Source of the DNA: a virus
Lineage: Duplodnaviria; Caudoviricetes
IMG/VR virus record: IMGVR_UViG_3300028025_002058
Coordinates: 1,466-65,465 of that record
DNA length: 64,000 nucleotides
Strand: one strand, 5' to 3'
A program made the translations under genes and the position numbers. Under the pieces are notes generated by a model that ran no database searches, was not told the DNA's origin, and worked only from the letters and a program-made list of their open reading frames with translations. Numbering within the stretch: position 1 is the first letter of the stretch; every line of letters begins with the position of its first letter. This document shows, piece by piece, positions 54,201 to 63,403 of this stretch.

Positions 54201-57200
54201 ATTTCTTGCAGCAATAGCTCTTAGTTGATCTCTTGTTACGCCAGCATTTAAATAAGCTTTTGTTAAATGTCTTCCAAACTCTTGCTCTGTGATATTGCCA
54301 TTAGGATCAATATTAGTTCTTAAATATGTATTAACATCTTTGTGTTGCTGTGATGTTAGTGGAGGAAGCTTAGATCTTCTTAGAACAGCATTTGCCATTC
54401 CAAATACATTTGGGTCTGCAAATTCATCTAGGTAAGAAGATGCTGTTACTGGTGCCCCGCCACGACTTCTTAGATTTGCAGATTGACGTGCAGGATATAC
54501 AGAATTTTGAAGAGTATTAATTGGAATACCAGCATCATCTAATAATGCCTTTGCTCTGTACTGTCTTCCGCCTCTAGCGCTGTTTATAGCCTGTAGCAGC
54601 GGAAGGTTTGCCCTGGTTGCTTCTGCGTTTACAACAAACTCTCCTGGGGTCAATACAGCTGGAACTATATCTTTATTTACATTAGGTCCTGGGACTCTTC
54701 TTCCAGTAAATCTTCCAGCTAGTCTCATTGCAAGTCCGCCAAGGTTAAACTTCTTAGGGACCGTTGTTTCAATGTTGTAGCCTGCTCCAGATGTTCTAAC
54801 TCCTAGTGCTCCTGCTATTTTGTTAATAAAATCTCTTGTCTTACCCTTTTTAAATAACTCTCTCATATTAGATTTACCAGTTGGGTCAACTACTGGCTGA
54901 TTTAATGTAGGAACCATTGTGGGGTTAATTGTTCTGCCCATAGCTGTTGCCTGTGCGCCAACTGCTGATGCAATCATTCTTTCTGTTTCCAGATTAAGGG
55001 CAATAATTTTTGCTTTTGCTGCTTCAACTGTCATCTTGCCTGCACGAAGCTCTGCAACGATTACTGCAGATTCTCTTGCAGCATTATCTGTTAGCTTAGA
55101 AACAACTGGAAGAATATCGTCAAACTGCATCATAAAGTCTTTGCTTACAACTCCTGTTGCAACAATTTGTTTCTTTAATGCTTCAATTTCTGCCTTTGAT
55201 TGCATAGATAAAGTTGCCATCATGGCATGCCATCTAGCAGCTTCTCCTGAAACTATACCAGTTGATACTCCGCCTACTGTTGTTAGGCCAGGAACATTTG
55301 GAAGTCTTTCATTCATATAGATCTGTGGATTCTGACCTATTTTTTGATTAACTGGTCCAGATCCTGGAACCATTCCAAACATTGTCTGCTGAAGTCTTTC
55401 AGCATCGTTCATTCCAGATCTAGGAACCATGTGTGAGCTTGCTCTTGTTCCCATTGCTCCAGCTAGTGGATGATTTGGATCTACTACTCTTGGTCCGCCT
55501 GCTGCTACAACAAGGTTTCCCGCCATTGTTGAAACTGCTGGATTAACACTAATTGAACCAGATTTTGCCTTTGCTTCTAATACTGCAAACTCATCAATTA
55601 AGTTTCCTAATGCTTGTTTTAATACTGCCGCCGCTTTTGCATCGCTATAGAATGATTGCTCAACTAACTTACCAGCTTTTTCTGCTGCTAGCATTTCTGG
55701 AGTTAAATACTTCCATCCTTCTCCGCCCTTAAAGAATGCTCTAAGATGTGCTGCTCCCTTTAATAAATATCCAAAGAAGTTTGCAAGCACACCAGTTAAC
55801 ATAATGAAAGGACCAATGATTGCAGTTATTCCTCCAAGTAGGGCAAGCACTTGCTTGACAGGCTTTGGTAAGTTATTTGCAAACTGCACGACCTTATCAA
55901 TTACTTGAATTAATACAGTATTAATTGTTAAAAATTGTTCTCCAACTTCAGCAAGGGAAGCCTTCAGGCTTTCTAATGCTCTACGGTATTTACCAGAAGC
56001 AGATTCGGTTACGGCTGATAATTCTCGATCAGCTACAGAAGCTAATTCAGAAGAAGATGCCTTCATTAGATCTAATACTTTAAGAGTCTGGCTTCCTTGA
56101 CGACCTAGGTTTTCAAACAACGCATTAAGTCTTGAGAACTGGAACTTACCAAATAGTTGCTCGATTGCCTGTTGTTTCTGAAGTGGATCTAGACTATCTA
56201 GTGCACCCTGAAGCTCCATTAATGTTCCAGTTAAGTCTCCAGCATTATCATTAACTATGCTAAGAAGATTTATTCCTAAGTCTTGGAATTTTCCAACTGC
56301 AACATCTGTTGGGTTAATTAAAGAAGCTAATGCTGACTTTAAAGCGTTTGCACCTTCTGATGCATTAATTCCGCCTTCTCTCATAGCTGTCAAATATAAA
56401 GCTAGATCTTGAACACTTCCACCTAGTCCTTGAATTACTGGACCAGCTTTTGGAATTGCTTCTACTAAATCGTTTAGCGTTGTAGAAGTTTGGTTTTCAA
56501 CTGCGTTCAGGAAGTTAATTGATTGTGACAATTCTTCTGTATTTTGTTTAAATGCTGATTGAATTGCAAGTGTTGCTTTCATTGCTTCCTGGCGATCTAC
56601 TTCACCAAGCACTGCTAGTCTTGTTGTTTCCTGAATAGAACCTAACAGTTCATTACCAGTTTTACCAGTTGCTGCAATATCTGCTGCTAATCCAATTGTT
56701 TCTTTAAAGCTGACACCCATTGCTGCAGATATTTGTTTTGCAGTTTCAGAAACATCTTTACGAACCTTGCCAAGCTCTGCTGCAGAAGTTCCTGCAACAT
56801 CGCCATAAACCTTTGTAAGACGAACTAATTCTTGATCTGCTTCTCTAAATGCTTTTGCTGCCTGAGCACCAAATGCTGCAAGTGGTACTGTGAGACCTAC
56901 TGTTAATTGGCGACCTGCCCACTGAGTATTTTTACCCCAGTTAATAAGTTGTCCAGCGCCATCTTGAAGAACTTTATTCATAATCTGAAGTTCTTGTCTT
57001 GCAATTGCTGCCTTGTTCTTTACTTCATCTAGCCCTCTTGGAACGTGCACATTGAACTGCATAAGTCCTTGTGCATTCCTGCCTAGCGGTTGTAATATTG
57101 AATTTTGTAGGGCTACCTGTTGTTTTGCTAAATCACGAATAACACCACCAGATTGTTTAGCATGATCTCTGAAAGTATTAAAATATTGATTTAGCTTTAA

Positions 57201-57461
57201 TTTTCCGCCGTCAAGATTTTTACCAAACTTTTCAACATCTGATTGTAGGCTGACGAAGTGTGTGGAAAACTGTCCTGTGCTTCTTAGTGTATCCGAAAAC
57301 GATCTATTCATTACGGCAATTTGATTTGCCAACATCTTATTGGAGTTAGCTAATTGCTCTTGTAATTTTGATAGGCTGGCAGTAACCTTATGCACATCGG
57401 CAATAAGGGCTGAGAAGTCGGCGTTAGCGACTATGCGGGTACTGATCGTTTCGTCAGCCAT
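51210..57461 (-). CDS. tape measure protein
   Basis: 2083 aa, Ala/Gly-rich helical, TP901-like TMP core, follows tail chaperones. Confidence 0.93.
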   Translation of the reverse strand: MADETISTRIVANADFSALIADVHKVTASLSKLQEQLANSNKMLANQIAVMNRSFSDTLRSTGQFSTHFVSLQSDVEKFGKNLDGGKLKLNQYFNTFRDHAKQSGGVIRDLAKQQVALQNSILQPLGRNAQGLMQFNVHVPRGLDEVKNKAAIARQELQIMNKVLQDGAGQLINWGKNTQWAGRQLTVGLTVPLAAFGAQAAKAFREADQELVRLTKVYGDVAGTSAAELGKVRKDVSETAKQISAAMGVSFKETIGLAADIAATGKTGNELLGSIQETTRLAVLGEVDRQEAMKATLAIQSAFKQNTEELSQSINFLNAVENQTSTTLNDLVEAIPKAGPVIQGLGGSVQDLALYLTAMREGGINASEGANALKSALASLINPTDVAVGKFQDLGINLLSIVNDNAGDLTGTLMELQGALDSLDPLQKQQAIEQLFGKFQFSRLNALFENLGRQGSQTLKVLDLMKASSSELASVADRELSAVTESASGKYRRALESLKASLAEVGEQFLTINTVLIQVIDKVVQFANNLPKPVKQVLALLGGITAIIGPFIMLTGVLANFFGYLLKGAAHLRAFFKGGEGWKYLTPEMLAAEKAGKLVEQSFYSDAKAAAVLKQALGNLIDEFAVLEAKAKSGSISVNPAVSTMAGNLVVAAGGPRVVDPNHPLAGAMGTRASSHMVPRSGMNDAERLQQTMFGMVPGSGPVNQKIGQNPQIYMNERLPNVPGLTTVGGVSTGIVSGEAARWHAMMATLSMQSKAEIEALKKQIVATGVVSKDFMMQFDDILPVVSKLTDNAARESAVIVAELRAGKMTVEAAKAKIIALNLETERMIASAVGAQATAMGRTINPTMVPTLNQPVVDPTGKSNMRELFKKGKTRDFINKIAGALGVRTSGAGYNIETTVPKKFNLGGLAMRLAGRFTGRRVPGPNVNKDIVPAVLTPGEFVVNAEATRANLPLLQAINSARGGRQYRAKALLDDAGIPINTLQNSVYPARQSANLRSRGGAPVTASSYLDEFADPNVFGMANAVLRRSKLPPLTSQQHKDVNTYLRTNIDPNGNITEQEFGRHLTKAYLNAGVTRDQLRAIAARNTMRFQFPGTGTITQRRDNLIKTLSEKYPSGSFKVDPSSNNNIIVELPGQAPFKIEHEQTRPLSQQGTSYETLRQGMPAGTRGGEQLSYAHLPLDESLFMNMGGMVPGYNRGGLVKQMIGGTGIAIGGQMLGSQIGGGLGTAISMGSGILGSMYSFGGMGGGGADGSPSMGGRAMSKLPQGLQDIAVKSTKTFGPIDTLTTKMRAFSGGLSGAARLIGPVIKGLAGVLRFASPLGVALTALTAGVSIFVKMQKEKAKQLEIGRQAFGMDAEAASKAGFKYTDYNAKIKQAIENAQALKEKNLMVYESMTKANIPIKMTIEEYKKLKEQVKTTMSSYVELFDQTDRKDVGQVAVQLKAQFMAAGDSAEIATAKIFTMIKQSENANMAAQAISSNAFQSIQNMEQASAQTVKTFEAAMKTGDAESQARALHSVFMAMDATLEETISKQKQLGESGKASAEQQAAAVKSKLDQINVLFGKQAGLSKDVIAEIGKTDPLLAGMLNKTDTLNSAWAKYRLTLSGVSMNFQFMSGEAAIAANRLNEIVKAQVQLNPSIAAANSKYKGMTDEIKRLEKAQRGQSAKAQIDSRKVIEGLNKQIAAIRKAAQDKIDGIRRATEAENTQLEIQKAQLRAQQLLAQGNLTGYAEEQMTIEQLLNDANRKSAEEAIIAKAELDIKPLQDQLDALAKKNQNAADKASLAGESLSSLRTKADTFNSGLTEYTTNLNNLMTKLQVEGDKFKLTDEFKNTMAALTKMGDSLGIKTTPQEVLDQIGKALSKNQILAQQVNILTGKVRDGSMGGSGTLKDPFTLGSQGTGTKGDIQGASLSSYGNPLKDFGEFGIGQKLKNFAYKQGLVMGDYFSAEDDKGLVSIFKVKDDDGNITRVKNPYEKKALGGAVVAGKQYIVNDRVNALGTQGEGFIPNVSGTIYPNAATMPKFNMPGGTNYSGVNISNSPSSNNVYNIDIALNGTNVTADDVLRSFKRELALVNAREGIDRRIGGSV

Positions 57462-57471
57462 TTATATCAAA

Positions 57472-57846
57472 CTATTCCCTTGTGTATCCTAGTCCCGCTC
57501 CAATTCCAAATCCAGCTTGCGCTGCAAAATTTCCTTGTAACGAAACAACATCGTTGCTAGCTGCATCTATTCCTGCGGCTCGTAACTCTATATCTTGGAA
57601 ACTAGGGCCTCCCTTTTTATCATCTTGGTATTCACCTATATCTACTCCCTTTAAAGAAGCTGCAAATTTTTTATCTTCGTGCTCTTTTCTCTTTAAAGAC
57701 TTCAATGTATTTATAAGCTCTGGCATTGATAAGCTTTCTTCTAGTTCTTGGTAATTTTTCCAATGTCCTAAAAGAAAAACTTCTCCCTCTAAAGCGGCTA
57801 AATCTAGTTCTGACCAGCCAGAACCGCTGCCGCTAGTAGGTTTGGG
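57472..57846 (-). CDS. tail assembly chaperone, -1 frameshifted extension (GT)
   Basis: The -1 frame is open from slippery site CCCAAAC (57840-57846) through track ORF 57472..57726. Confidence 0.8.
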   Translation of the reverse strand, partial: PKPTSGSGSGWSELDLAALEGEVFLLGHWKNYQELEESLSMPELINTLKSLKRKEHEDKKFAASLKGVDIGEYQDDKKGGPSFQDIELRAAGIDAASNDVVSLQGNFAAQAGFGIGAGLGYTRE

Positions 57847-58136
57847 TCGTCAAGTTTGATTCCTCCGCAAACTTCTAGAATGCGGTTCATTGTTGGAACA
57901 TCTAAAGCATCTTCAAATGCTTCTCTGTTTGCTACCAATTCTGGTAGTTGTTTTTCAAGTGCAATTGCACAAGCATCAATCAGAATGTTTAGGGTGTCAT
58001 CTTCTGTTTGGGACTCTGCTGTCTTTTTAATCGCTATCATGAACTTACGCAGTTCTGCTATTGATAGTGGCTTGAGCTTTACATTTTGCCCATTTTGTAG
58101 CTGTACTTCTTCTACGTCGTATACTGTTGTTGCCAA
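57804..58136 (-). CDS. tail assembly chaperone (G)
   Basis: Between major tail and tape measure genes; AGGAGG SD. Confidence 0.85.
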   Translation of the reverse strand: MATTVYDVEEVQLQNGQNVKLKPLSIAELRKFMIAIKKTAESQTEDDTLNILIDACAIALEKQLPELVANREAFEDALDVPTMNRILEVCGGIKLDDPNLLAAAVLAGQN

Positions 58137-58197
58137 TTTAATCCTCCTAGGATCTAGTCTAAATCATTATACTAAAAATTATATACTAATACAACCA

Positions 58198-58224
58198 CAA
58201 AAGCCCCCAATTTCTTGGGGGCCC
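58198..58224 (-). terminator. rho-independent terminator after major tail gene
   Basis: GCCCCCAA-gaaa-TTGGGGGC-TTTT. Confidence 0.85.
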
Positions 58225-58246
58225 CTGTAGAATAATTAATTAATTA

Positions 58247-58987
58247 TTAAGCCAATACACGGTCAATAATCTTGCCGTACTCTTGTCCTTCGTAGCCGCT
58301 CATAGCGGTTGGAAGAAGACGGAATGTTACTGGGAATGTAGTTGGAGTAGATCTTGCCAATGTGAAAGCTGATTGCTGCACTGACAAAACACGACGTGCA
58401 TAATATACACGCTCCGTTGACTTATTGTTTGATCCATCTGTTGTTGATGGAGCATTTCCAACTGCAATTAGCTGACGCTCTGTAGGTGCGATACCTAGAG
58501 CTCCTGCTGCTAGACCAAGTGTCTTCTTTGTATTTGCTGTTCCTGCTGCAAATCCTGTGTCTTCAATAATTGTGTTTGTGTTAGAAATTGTGTTTGATGT
58601 TGGATCATCTGACTGTCCAAATACAACTAGAACGTTCTCTAGAGTACCTTCTGACATTTCTGTTGCGATCATAACCTCCATCGCAGACTTGAACAGCTTA
58701 GCTGTATCAAGCAACTGGTCGACGGTTACTGAATCGTATGTTGGATTGTAAGTGATCTGAAGACCATTATTTGTAAATCCTACGTTGCGATACGCAAATG
58801 TTGAACCTGGGGTAATAGCATTAAGAGTCTTTGTATAGGATTCTCCTGATACGTATGCTCCTGCTGCTGTTGTTCCTGGCTCTGCATTTTCTATGTATGA
58901 TGTTCCTGCTGTTACGTCAATATTCGAAATGAATAGTGGTGACGCACCAACGAGAATATTTTTAGCATTACCTGCGTTTTGTGCCAT
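58247..58987 (-). CDS. major tail tube protein
   Basis: Position; VG.T..G..I.Y.P....V.VDQ motif; strong SD and terminator. Confidence 0.85.
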   Translation of the reverse strand: MAQNAGNAKNILVGASPLFISNIDVTAGTSYIENAEPGTTAAGAYVSGESYTKTLNAITPGSTFAYRNVGFTNNGLQITYNPTYDSVTVDQLLDTAKLFKSAMEVMIATEMSEGTLENVLVVFGQSDDPTSNTISNTNTIIEDTGFAAGTANTKKTLGLAAGALGIAPTERQLIAVGNAPSTTDGSNNKSTERVYYARRVLSVQQSAFTLARSTPTTFPVTFRLLPTAMSGYEGQEYGKIIDRVLA

Positions 58988-59110
58988 ATTGTGTTTCCAC
59001 CTCCTGGAATTCTTTGGTTATTAAATTGTAAAATCAAATTTTAAATCTGGCTGGCTAGGCCTCTTCCCTCTTGGTATAATTCTATGCCATTCTAGGTAAA
59101 AAGGCAAACC

Positions 59111-59623
59111 TTAAAGGAATCTTCCCTGGCCGTCTGTAATTCTTGAATATTTAATTTCTAATATGACCTCAGCAGAGAAAAATCCTTGAATCTCTTCTGA
59201 TGGGGCTGTAGGGGAGATATCTGCTACCCAGACAGTATGGAACTTGAACTTATCTGATAGATCTGCCCATTTATTTATATCTCTAGCGGACTCATCCATT
59301 CTTCTAAACTCATCTGTCATATAGTTTCTGATTTCATTTATATCAGATACTGAGGTCGAGTATATAGTAAATAGAATTTGCTCACAGCATATTAACCAGT
59401 TATCCTCATAGGACATACCTATCTTGTCATAGACTATGTGCTTCTTGCCGCTCAAAAACTGGTTCATCTCTGCAGATTGTTGAACTGGGATAATTGGAAC
59501 GATATTCTCATTTAGATTATCACTCCAGTAGTCGTCCTGGTCAAATATGTTTCTTGTATGCAATTCTTTCCATAGATATTTTCTAAGTTCAATCATTGCG
59601 TCTAGCTTATAATTAGCTGTCAC
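59111..59623 (-). CDS. tail terminator/completion protein
   Basis: Synteny and size. Confidence 0.6.
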   Translation of the reverse strand: MTANYKLDAMIELRKYLWKELHTRNIFDQDDYWSDNLNENIVPIIPVQQSAEMNQFLSGKKHIVYDKIGMSYEDNWLICCEQILFTIYSTSVSDINEIRNYMTDEFRRMDESARDINKWADLSDKFKFHTVWVADISPTAPSEEIQGFFSAEVILEIKYSRITDGQGRFL

Positions 59624-60402
59624 ATTACACCTCCAAATGCCAAGGATAGAGCAGAGTCTGCCTGAGATTTAATAGTATTTGGAGAGAATGAATACTGAAC
59701 CTTCTTTATATCAGAAGGAACGCTAAGAGCTTTAGTCATGCTTGAATTAAATATCTTTTGGAACCCAGACTTTTTAATTGATTCATTTACAAGTCTACCG
59801 CTAAAAAATCTTGAATGCGCTAACGAAAATTGATTACGTGCTGCAGACCCACCAGGTCTCTTTACTGTAACTGATGCGCCTTTAGGCATAAATACAGTTT
59901 CTCCGTTATATTCAAACACTAGTCTTTCTGCATTCTTTGGTCTAATAACTAATGGTAATCCAGCTTCCATTACTGCTGCCTTGTTTGCGAACATGTGTCT
60001 ACGCTTTCCCTTTGGAGCAGGAACCATAGATCTTGATGGAAGGAATTCATAGTTAACTCTAAATGATAATCCTTGCTCTGAAATCTTATTTAACTTAAAA
60101 AGCCTATCAGACTTAGACCCAGTCCTCTTCCACTCATAAACATGGTGCAAAGACTTTGGTCTTGTTCTTGCCAGTGCGTCTATATATGCACCGAAATCCT
60201 GATCTATCTGCTGGAATATTAACGATGTAAATGCATTTTGAAATTTCTTGTTAGTTGTAAGCTTAGAGATTACAGATGCCTCATAGTATACGTATGCTGA
60301 TATTTGAGCTACGGTACTATCTTTCAGCGGGCCGTTTTGATTAGAATACATCATTCTCTCAAGACCGCTGGCTGTTTGAACTAGAAGTGCACTATTGTCC
60401 AA
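59620..60402 (-). CDS. neck/tail completion protein
   Basis: Synteny; IRPK.A..L.F......F...V..PG motif. Confidence 0.6.
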   Translation of the reverse strand: MDNSALLVQTASGLERMMYSNQNGPLKDSTVAQISAYVYYEASVISKLTTNKKFQNAFTSLIFQQIDQDFGAYIDALARTRPKSLHHVYEWKRTGSKSDRLFKLNKISEQGLSFRVNYEFLPSRSMVPAPKGKRRHMFANKAAVMEAGLPLVIRPKNAERLVFEYNGETVFMPKGASVTVKRPGGSAARNQFSLAHSRFFSGRLVNESIKKSGFQKIFNSSMTKALSVPSDIKKVQYSFSPNTIKSQADSALSLAFGGVM

Positions 60403-60820
60403 TTTGCTGGTTCTCCGATCTCTTCATAGATGAGTTATAAGCAATCACACGGCTAAAAGGATCAGTTACTGGCGTTGTTCCTATTACTTCAAATACGGTT
60501 GGGCTTTCGTTTGGATAATTTATTTCTTGCCAAATTACGTTGTCATCTACATCTCTTATATTAGTTACCTTTTCTCTGGCAGTTAATTTTTCAGATGTAC
60601 GAACTTGAATGATTTGGTCGTTTATATATTTGTTAGAAAAAACTTGTTTATCGCTAGATCTAGTTGTAGCAGAGTTGCTAATAACTCCCTTTGCATGGCA
60701 CGGAATGGTCTTATAGTAAGTCCATTCTCTGATTATGGCACCAGTGTCTGGATCTTGACCTTCAAACTGTCTGTAAACATCTAACTTCATAGACAATACT
60801 GAGTCAACGATATCATTCAT
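60392..60820 (-). CDS. head-closure (stopper) protein
   Basis: Synteny and size. Confidence 0.6.
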   Translation of the reverse strand: MNDIVDSVLSMKLDVYRQFEGQDPDTGAIIREWTYYKTIPCHAKGVISNSATTRSSDKQVFSNKYINDQIIQVRTSEKLTAREKVTNIRDVDDNVIWQEINYPNESPTVFEVIGTTPVTDPFSRVIAYNSSMKRSENQQIGQ

Positions 60821-61800
60821 TATATGATCTCTACCTTAGTGCCCAATACATAGTCGGCAAGTAGTTTGTCTGCATATGAGTTTCCAGTACCAGAATACGC
60901 CTCTCCGTTGTATTCGAAATCCCAGTCGAATGTTGAAATCTTCTTTATATACTTAGTTCTCCATAGCAGATCCTTCGCAAAGAAGTCCTTCATAAGTTCT
61001 ATAGCTGCTAGCTCAACATTATCTGGAACCTTTTCCCATCCAAATCTTCCTTGAATTCTGTATGGGGTGTTTGATTGAAATACTCCATTAACATCATATA
61101 TAGATGGAGGAATCATCCCATTTGCGGTATAGACAGTATTATCTAAAGCAGTTGCACGATTAATTCTTATTCCATAACCGCTTTCGCTGATGATTACGTC
61201 GTAGTTCCAATTATCTATTTCGTCTATAGTATTTAATAGCAATGTATCATTCATATACAATTCGTGTAGCTGATATATCTTTTCTGGCAATGGCAATATG
61301 TCTGAGCCATACCCATACACTACATAAACGTCATCGTGAAGATAAAACTTTTGCTGGGTATAGTCTTCAATTTGTTTTCTAGCATATTTCTCTGCACGTA
61401 CTAATTCTTGATATGACTTATATCCTGGATCTGAAGAATCCATGCTAAAGCCCATGTCCTGAATATGATTAAAGTTTACGTATGGAGTAACTACAAATAC
61501 ATCATCTGACTTTGTTACCGCCGTCCCATTTACATAATACTCCCACTGCAGTCTCAGAGTCTTATTTCTTTGAGTCTGTGCATATGGAATATTTACAATA
61601 TATGAACCAGGATTTACTTCGTCTGCTACAGAAGAAAGAACCGCTACAAGCTGTCCTGGATTTATTGGAGGGGTTATGGCTGGATCATCTGTAACGTCAA
61701 ATAACTTTACGGATGGTGCTGAATCTGCAACTGCAACCTCACCATTCCAAAAAACTTGGTGCTTTATTGGTGACTGACTGTTTATAAATATCTCTGCCAT
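60820..61800 (-). CDS. head-tail adaptor with N-terminal Ig-like extension
   Basis: A...IE.YT...F and GW..VP..V..AA..L motifs. Confidence 0.7.
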   Translation of the reverse strand: MAEIFINSQSPIKHQVFWNGEVAVADSAPSVKLFDVTDDPAITPPINPGQLVAVLSSVADEVNPGSYIVNIPYAQTQRNKTLRLQWEYYVNGTAVTKSDDVFVVTPYVNFNHIQDMGFSMDSSDPGYKSYQELVRAEKYARKQIEDYTQQKFYLHDDVYVVYGYGSDILPLPEKIYQLHELYMNDTLLLNTIDEIDNWNYDVIISESGYGIRINRATALDNTVYTANGMIPPSIYDVNGVFQSNTPYRIQGRFGWEKVPDNVELAAIELMKDFFAKDLLWRTKYIKKISTFDWDFEYNGEAYSGTGNSYADKLLADYVLGTKVEII

Positions 61801-61814
61801 TTTATAGGCTTAGA

Positions 61815-62216
61815 CTAGTTGTAGTACTCCTGGACTTCCTTTGGAGTTGCTAATCTAAAGCCCTCCTCCTTATCAAAAATTTCTTGAGCTCTATCTTTAT
61901 TCATTGCTACGAATGGGTGTTCCTTTGTGAAAGTAAACCCTGCAATATCATATCTAAAATTAGCTCTGGTCATTCTAACTAATACTGTGTTCTCTGGCTG
62001 GTCCGCCTTTGGATCGAATTTTGGCAATACTTCTACTGACATATCTTCTGACTCTTCTTCCATCTTTTCAATGGTCTTGTTATATACAGACCAAGTTACG
62101 CCTTCTTCTGCGAGGGCCGCAATAACGTCGGCTTTATTTTTTAAGCCATCTGTATCAACTGCAAAATCTTCTGCAATCTTTTTTAGTTCTGAAACCTTCA
62201 ATGTCTCAAATGACAT
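61815..62216 (-). CDS. Rho-N/HeH-like domain protein
   Basis: LKVSELKKIA.......L.NKADVIAAL. Confidence 0.65.
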   Translation of the reverse strand: MSFETLKVSELKKIAEDFAVDTDGLKNKADVIAALAEEGVTWSVYNKTIEKMEEESEDMSVEVLPKFDPKADQPENTVLVRMTRANFRYDIAGFTFTKEHPFVAMNKDRAQEIFDKEEGFRLATPKEVQEYYN

Positions 62217-62268
62217 GTAAATCTCCTATTTCTACTCTAAACAATTATAGCATTACTAAATTAAAATG

Positions 62269-62300
62269 AAAAGCCCCCAAAATTTAATTTGGGGGCCTTT
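62269..62300 (-). terminator. rho-independent terminator after major capsid gene
   Basis: GCCCCCAAA-ttaaat-TTTGGGGGC-TTTT. Confidence 0.85.
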
Positions 62301-62322
62301 CTAGAGATCTAAATCCTAATAA

Positions 62323-63381
62323 TTAGGAAGCGACCTTAACGTTCTTTACAACGACCCAAGCGTCTGCTTGCTCGATCTGGACGCCAACACGAGTATACAT
62401 TGTGTACTCAATTGAGTCCTTACGTGGCCAGAAGAAACGGTAAACAGTTACATCACGCTTGATACCAATAACTACGTTATTTGGGAATGTCAAGTGGATA
62501 TCTCCGTGGTTACCAGTCTCACCTGTGTAATCGCCATCCTGTGCTTCAGGAAGTAGTGGAACTTCAACAATCGGAATACCGAATGCGAATGGTGCCACAT
62601 ACCCTGCTGGACCGCCTAGAGGCTGTACGCCTTGTCCACGGATTACGCTTGATGCGATATCCTGTGGGTTAGATGATCCGTCTGAACCAAGAACTGATGT
62701 TGAGTACAAGTAATCCTGAATCAGGTTTGATCCTGCTAGGAATCGTAGATCTGCTCTACGTTGCTTGTACTTACGTGGAAGTGCCTTAAGTGCTGAATTG
62801 AATACTGCACGAGAAACTCCTGCGCCATTAGCATCGACAACGTGACCGTTAGCCTTTGCCTTCTTTACAACACCATCAAATGCCTTGTATAGGTTATCAC
62901 CTGTTAGTGCTGTATTTCCATTAAGAACAACATCTTCAATGTCGTTACCTGCTTGTGTTGCCATCATTCTGGCAATATGATCTTCGAGATCAGCACCCTC
63001 AATATTGTCTTCTAGAGACTCTGTTGATAGTTCCCAATCTAGACGAAGCTTCTTTGTTGAAAGAGAAATCTTTGAGAAAGTAACAGCTGCATTTGATGCA
63101 TTGTTATCTCCTTCAGTAGCGAGCTTCATAAGCTTCTCGCCAACTGACATACGATCAATCTCTGTAGTATCGGCTCTCATTCGGACGGTACGTGCAACTT
63201 TACCAATTACGGTAGCATCGAACATGTAGTCCAGGAATCGAGCTGATTGTTCTGGGTTTAGGAGACCGCCATTGCCAGCTTCACGTCCTACGTGTACACC
63301 AGTTGTTGTTGTACCGAGAGATGCGAAAGTAGCTGTAGCAGTTGTACCTGCTGCGATATCCTTTAATAGTTCATTACTCAT
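62323..63381 (-). CDS. major capsid protein (HK97 fold)
   Basis: GG.L.PEQ..RF, E.LEDNIEG, NG........DG..K and FG.PI..VP motifs. Confidence 0.92.
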   Translation of the reverse strand: MSNELLKDIAAGTTATATFASLGTTTTGVHVGREAGNGGLLNPEQSARFLDYMFDATVIGKVARTVRMRADTTEIDRMSVGEKLMKLATEGDNNASNAAVTFSKISLSTKKLRLDWELSTESLEDNIEGADLEDHIARMMATQAGNDIEDVVLNGNTALTGDNLYKAFDGVVKKAKANGHVVDANGAGVSRAVFNSALKALPRKYKQRRADLRFLAGSNLIQDYLYSTSVLGSDGSSNPQDIASSVIRGQGVQPLGGPAGYVAPFAFGIPIVEVPLLPEAQDGDYTGETGNHGDIHLTFPNNVVIGIKRDVTVYRFFWPRKDSIEYTMYTRVGVQIEQADAWVVVKNVKVAS

Positions 63382-63403
63382 TTTATATTTTCACCTACCT
63401 TTT

